Source: an uncultured Dehalococcoidia bacterium
GTDB lineage: Bacteria > Chloroflexota > Dehalococcoidia > Lucifugimonadales > UBA2962
Direction of reading: 5' to 3'
Assembly (NCBI GenBank): GCA_964637315.1
Contig: CAZWTT010000003.1
Span: 64,022 to 128,021 of the forward strand
Length of the DNA stretch: 64,000 bases
The notes beneath the pieces were generated by a model. The model made no database searches. It had not been told where the DNA came from and was given only the letters and a program-made list of their open reading frames with translations. Both the position numbers and the translations under genes were made by a program. This document shows, piece by piece, positions 61,373 to 64,000 of the stretch (position 1 is the first letter of the stretch; each line of letters begins with the position of its first letter).

Positions 61373-63094
61373 TTGTACGTCCTCGGCCTTAACGCCTATC
61401 ACGGCGATGCCTCGGCGGCCATCCTGCTTGATGGCAATCTCCTCGCGGCTGTGGAGGAGGAACGTTTCACCCGGGTAAAGCACACCGCCGGCTTCCCATC
61501 CAACGCGGTCCGCTACTGCCTGGAGGTCGCCGACATCGATCTGGACGACGTGGATCACGTCGTCGTGCCGCGCAAGCTCTCCGCGCAGCTACTGAGAAAA
61601 GCGCTATGGGCGGCCAGGTCTCCCCGCTTCGCGCTGGGTCGGGCCAAGGCGTGGCGCAGCTTCGGCGGGGTGCGTGATGCTCTGGCGGCAGCGGGTGGAA
61701 CCACTCCGGCAAAGCTGAAGGCGAGACTCCACTTCGTCGAGCATCACGTCGCTCACGCGGCCAGCGCATATTACTGCTCTCCCTTTGACGAGGCAGCTGT
61801 GCTTTCGCTGGACGGGCTCGGGGACTTCGCCAGCATGCTCTGGGGCACCGCGTCGGCGGAGGATATGGAGGTCGGCGGTAGAGTGATGTTCCCGCACTCC
61901 CTCGGCCTCTACTACACGGCCGTTACACAGTATCTGGGCTTTCTCAGGTACGGCGACGAGTACAAGGTCATGGGCCTCGCGCCCTACGGCGAGCCACGCT
62001 ATGGGGATGTCTTCGACCGCATCGTGCGCATGCGTGGCGAGCTGAGCTTCGAGCTTGGTATGGACTATTTCAGGCACCAAAAGGTCGGGCCTGAGGTCTC
62101 GTGGCATTCGGGTGAGCCCAAGATGCCCACCCTGTTTGGCCAGGGCCTGATCGATGCGCTGGGACCGGCGCGTGCCCCGGGCGAGCCGTTAACTCAACAC
62201 CACTACGACGTGGCGGCCACCCTGCAGGACAGGCTCGAATCTGTCGTTTACGACCTGGTCGGCCAACTGGCGGAGCGCACGGGACGCAAGAATCTGGCCT
62301 ATGCTGGGGGTGTCGCCTTTAACTGTGTCGCCAACGGCCGCATACTCGATCGCACGTCCTTCGAGAACCTGTACGTCCAGCCTGCGGCGGGTGATGCCGG
62401 CCTCGCCGTAGGGGGCGCTCTCTATGTCCACCATTCGATACTCGGCCGGCCCAGGACGGGCTTCGTAATGGACCATGCCTACTGGGGCCCCGAGTACCCG
62501 GTGGAACGCATGAGAGCCGCGCTGGTGGCCGAGGGCCTGGCCTGCAAGGAGCGCTCCGAGGACGACCTTGTTAGGTCCGCCGCGCGGCGGATCGCGGATG
62601 GCGACGTGCTCGGCTGGTACCAGGGGCGATCCGAATGGGGGCCACGCGCGCTAGGCAACCGCAGCATCGTGGTGGACCCCCGCCGAGCGGAGATGAAAGA
62701 CATCCTCAACAGCCGGGTGAAGCACCGCGAGGCTTTCCGGCCGTTCTCTCCGTCGATACTCGCCGAAAGGGTAGGCGAGTGGTTCGAGAGCGAGTACCCG
62801 TCCCCGTTCATGCAGATGACCTATCAAGTCAGAGATGACAAGAGAGACTCCATCCCGGCTCCCACCCACGTCGACGGCTCCGGCAGGCTTCAGACCGTCA
62901 CCCTGGATTCCAACCCCCTGTATCACGGCCTGATCCGGGAGTTTGAGAACCTAACCGGTGTCCCGGTTCTGCTCAACACCTCGTTCAACGACAACGAGCC
63001 GGTCGTCAACACCCCCGAGGAGGCGGTCGCCAGCTTCCTGCGCACCAAGATGGACACCCTGGCCCTCGGCCCCTTTCTGGTCACCAGAAAATGA
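61373..63094 (+). CDS. carbamoyltransferase (NodU/CmcH family)
   Basis: 573 aa with YVLGLNAYHGDASAAILLDGNLLAAVEEERFTRVKH and the C-terminal NTSFNDNEPVV. Confidence 0.92.
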   Translation: MYVLGLNAYHGDASAAILLDGNLLAAVEEERFTRVKHTAGFPSNAVRYCLEVADIDLDDVDHVVVPRKLSAQLLRKALWAARSPRFALGRAKAWRSFGGVRDALAAAGGTTPAKLKARLHFVEHHVAHAASAYYCSPFDEAAVLSLDGLGDFASMLWGTASAEDMEVGGRVMFPHSLGLYYTAVTQYLGFLRYGDEYKVMGLAPYGEPRYGDVFDRIVRMRGELSFELGMDYFRHQKVGPEVSWHSGEPKMPTLFGQGLIDALGPARAPGEPLTQHHYDVAATLQDRLESVVYDLVGQLAERTGRKNLAYAGGVAFNCVANGRILDRTSFENLYVQPAAGDAGLAVGGALYVHHSILGRPRTGFVMDHAYWGPEYPVERMRAALVAEGLACKERSEDDLVRSAARRIADGDVLGWYQGRSEWGPRALGNRSIVVDPRRAEMKDILNSRVKHREAFRPFSPSILAERVGEWFESEYPSPFMQMTYQVRDDKRDSIPAPTHVDGSGRLQTVTLDSNPLYHGLIREFENLTGVPVLLNTSFNDNEPVVNTPEEAVASFLRTKMDTLALGPFLVTRK

Positions 63095-64000
63095 GGGTCC
63101 TGCTAATCAACCAGTACTACCCTCCGGACACCAGCGCCACGGCTACTGTGGCCGAGGGCATGGCACGGGCGCTGGCCGAGCAGACCGATGTCATGGTGCT
63201 CGCCGGTCGGCCTTCCTACGCCCCCACCGAAAGGCACGGCTACTATCTGACGAGAAGCGAGACCTCCGGGGGCGTGGACGTGGAACGGGTCGGCTCGACC
63301 GGGTACGATCGCTTGTCGCCGATAGGCCGCCTGGCCAACTACGTCACGTACCTGTTACTCGTGCCGTTTCGAGCGTTGACGCTCAAACCTCGCCCCGACA
63401 TAGTCGTCGGCATGACCGATCCTCCGGTCGTCTCCATAGTCGCCGCGCTTGTCAGTAAGCTCATGGGCGTGCCTTTCGTCCACACAGTCCAAGATCTCCA
63501 CCCCGACATGGCCGTCGCTGCCGGCGCCCCCATACCCTCACCATTGGCGAGTTTATGGGATCGGGCGCACCGCTGGGCCCTGCGCGGAGCAAAAAAAGTG
63601 ATCGTCCTAGGAGACGACATGGCACGTCGCATGGAAGCTAAGGGCGTCGCTCCGAACGACATCGCTGTCGTCCGAAGCGGCTCGGTCCCGTTGCCCGAAC
63701 CCGAGACCGATGGCACGGCGATAAGGACACAGATACGTGAAGGCTTTGATTTCGTCGTGATGCACGCAGGCAACCTCGGCTACTCCGGAGATTTTAGCGC
63801 CCTCGTCGCGGCCGCCCGCGATCTCGACCATGGCATCGGTCTGGTGTTTATCGGTGGGGGCGCCAGGCGAGACGAACTGCGACGGTCGGCCGGAGACATC
63901 TCGAACCTACGGTTCCTTGACTACTTCCCCGCCGGTGAGCTTCGCCACGTGCTGGAGGCGGGCGATCTCCATGTCGTGTCGATCAGGTCCGGCTTGGAGG
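63091..64000 (+). CDS. GT4-family glycosyltransferase (WcaI-like), 3'-truncated by the window end
   Basis: Not in the ORF track because there is no stop in the window. The ATG overlaps the carbamoyltransferase stop (ATGA). My translation, MRVLLINQYYPPDTSATATVAEGMARALAEQ...VVMHAGNLGYSGDF...LRFLDYFP, stays open to position 64000. Confidence 0.8.
   Translation, partial: MRVLLINQYYPPDTSATATVAEGMARALAEQTDVMVLAGRPSYAPTERHGYYLTRSETSGGVDVERVGSTGYDRLSPIGRLANYVTYLLLVPFRALTLKPRPDIVVGMTDPPVVSIVAALVSKLMGVPFVHTVQDLHPDMAVAAGAPIPSPLASLWDRAHRWALRGAKKVIVLGDDMARRMEAKGVAPNDIAVVRSGSVPLPEPETDGTAIRTQIREGFDFVVMHAGNLGYSGDFSALVAAARDLDHGIGLVFIGGGARRDELRRSAGDISNLRFLDYFPAGELRHVLEAGDLHVVSIRSGLE

Noticed and set aside
1-64000. 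Scan for CRISPR arrays, tRNA/rRNA genes, transposases, integrases and prophage or defence-system genes.
   Set aside because: I found no regularly spaced direct repeats, no tRNA-like or rRNA-like stretches in the few intergenic gaps, and no transposase, integrase or recognisable defence ORFs. The only nuclease-type genes are a secreted SNase and the broken CoiA-like gene.

Overview
This is a 64-kb, gene-dense stretch of high-GC bacterial chromosome. Hand counts of single 60-nt lines give about 70% G+C in core genes. I saw no rRNA, tRNA, CRISPR array or transposase.

Layout:
1. 73-2175: two tandem Zn-dependent ADH paralogs.
2. 2197-3393: three decayed genes. Two are tandem CheY-fold remnants with in-frame stops. 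The third is a DUF3052-like gene broken at a G8 tract.
3. 3432-17725, all on the minus strand and mostly start/stop-overlapping: a C1/molybdopterin supra-operon. Order is fhs, moeA, moeA-PBP fusion, mobA, moaD-like, AOR-family aldehyde:ferredoxin oxidoreductase, small membrane protein, fdsG, fdsB, glycine-zipper peptide, fdsA (Cys-type), acidic hypothetical.
4. 18041-20536: one 831-aa ORF that reads as an S2P-like HExxH membrane module fused to an enolase whose barrel precedes its N-terminal domain (circular permutation).
5. An MtnX-like HAD phosphatase, an MFS transporter and aroC.
6. About 23.85-24.8 kb: a low-GC islet carrying a broken CoiA-like gene.
7. An SDR plus glcF-glcE-glcD.
8. An envelope block: O-antigen-ligase-like/TPR protein, SNase lipoprotein, Big_2 repeat protein, DUF4012 protein.
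9. 37.3-64 kb: a glycan locus of more than 26 kb on the plus strand. It encodes sugar-nucleotide enzymes, an AsnB-like amidotransferase, a heparinase II/III-like protein, GT4/GT2 transferases, methyltransferases, a carbamoyltransferase and three paralogous GT-C-like membrane proteins. Each GT-C-like gene is preceded by a homologous 50-59-aa single-TM ORF.

Most notable observations:
- the permuted, membrane-tethered enolase;
- a roughly 70-nt repeat family present five times, four copies in the formate dehydrogenase operon. It is translated in either orientation inside four ORFs, including the spot in FdsA where a His/Cys3 Fe-S motif is expected;
- the triplicated small-TM plus GT-C module.

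All family assignments come from motif recognition by eye. No database search was run.
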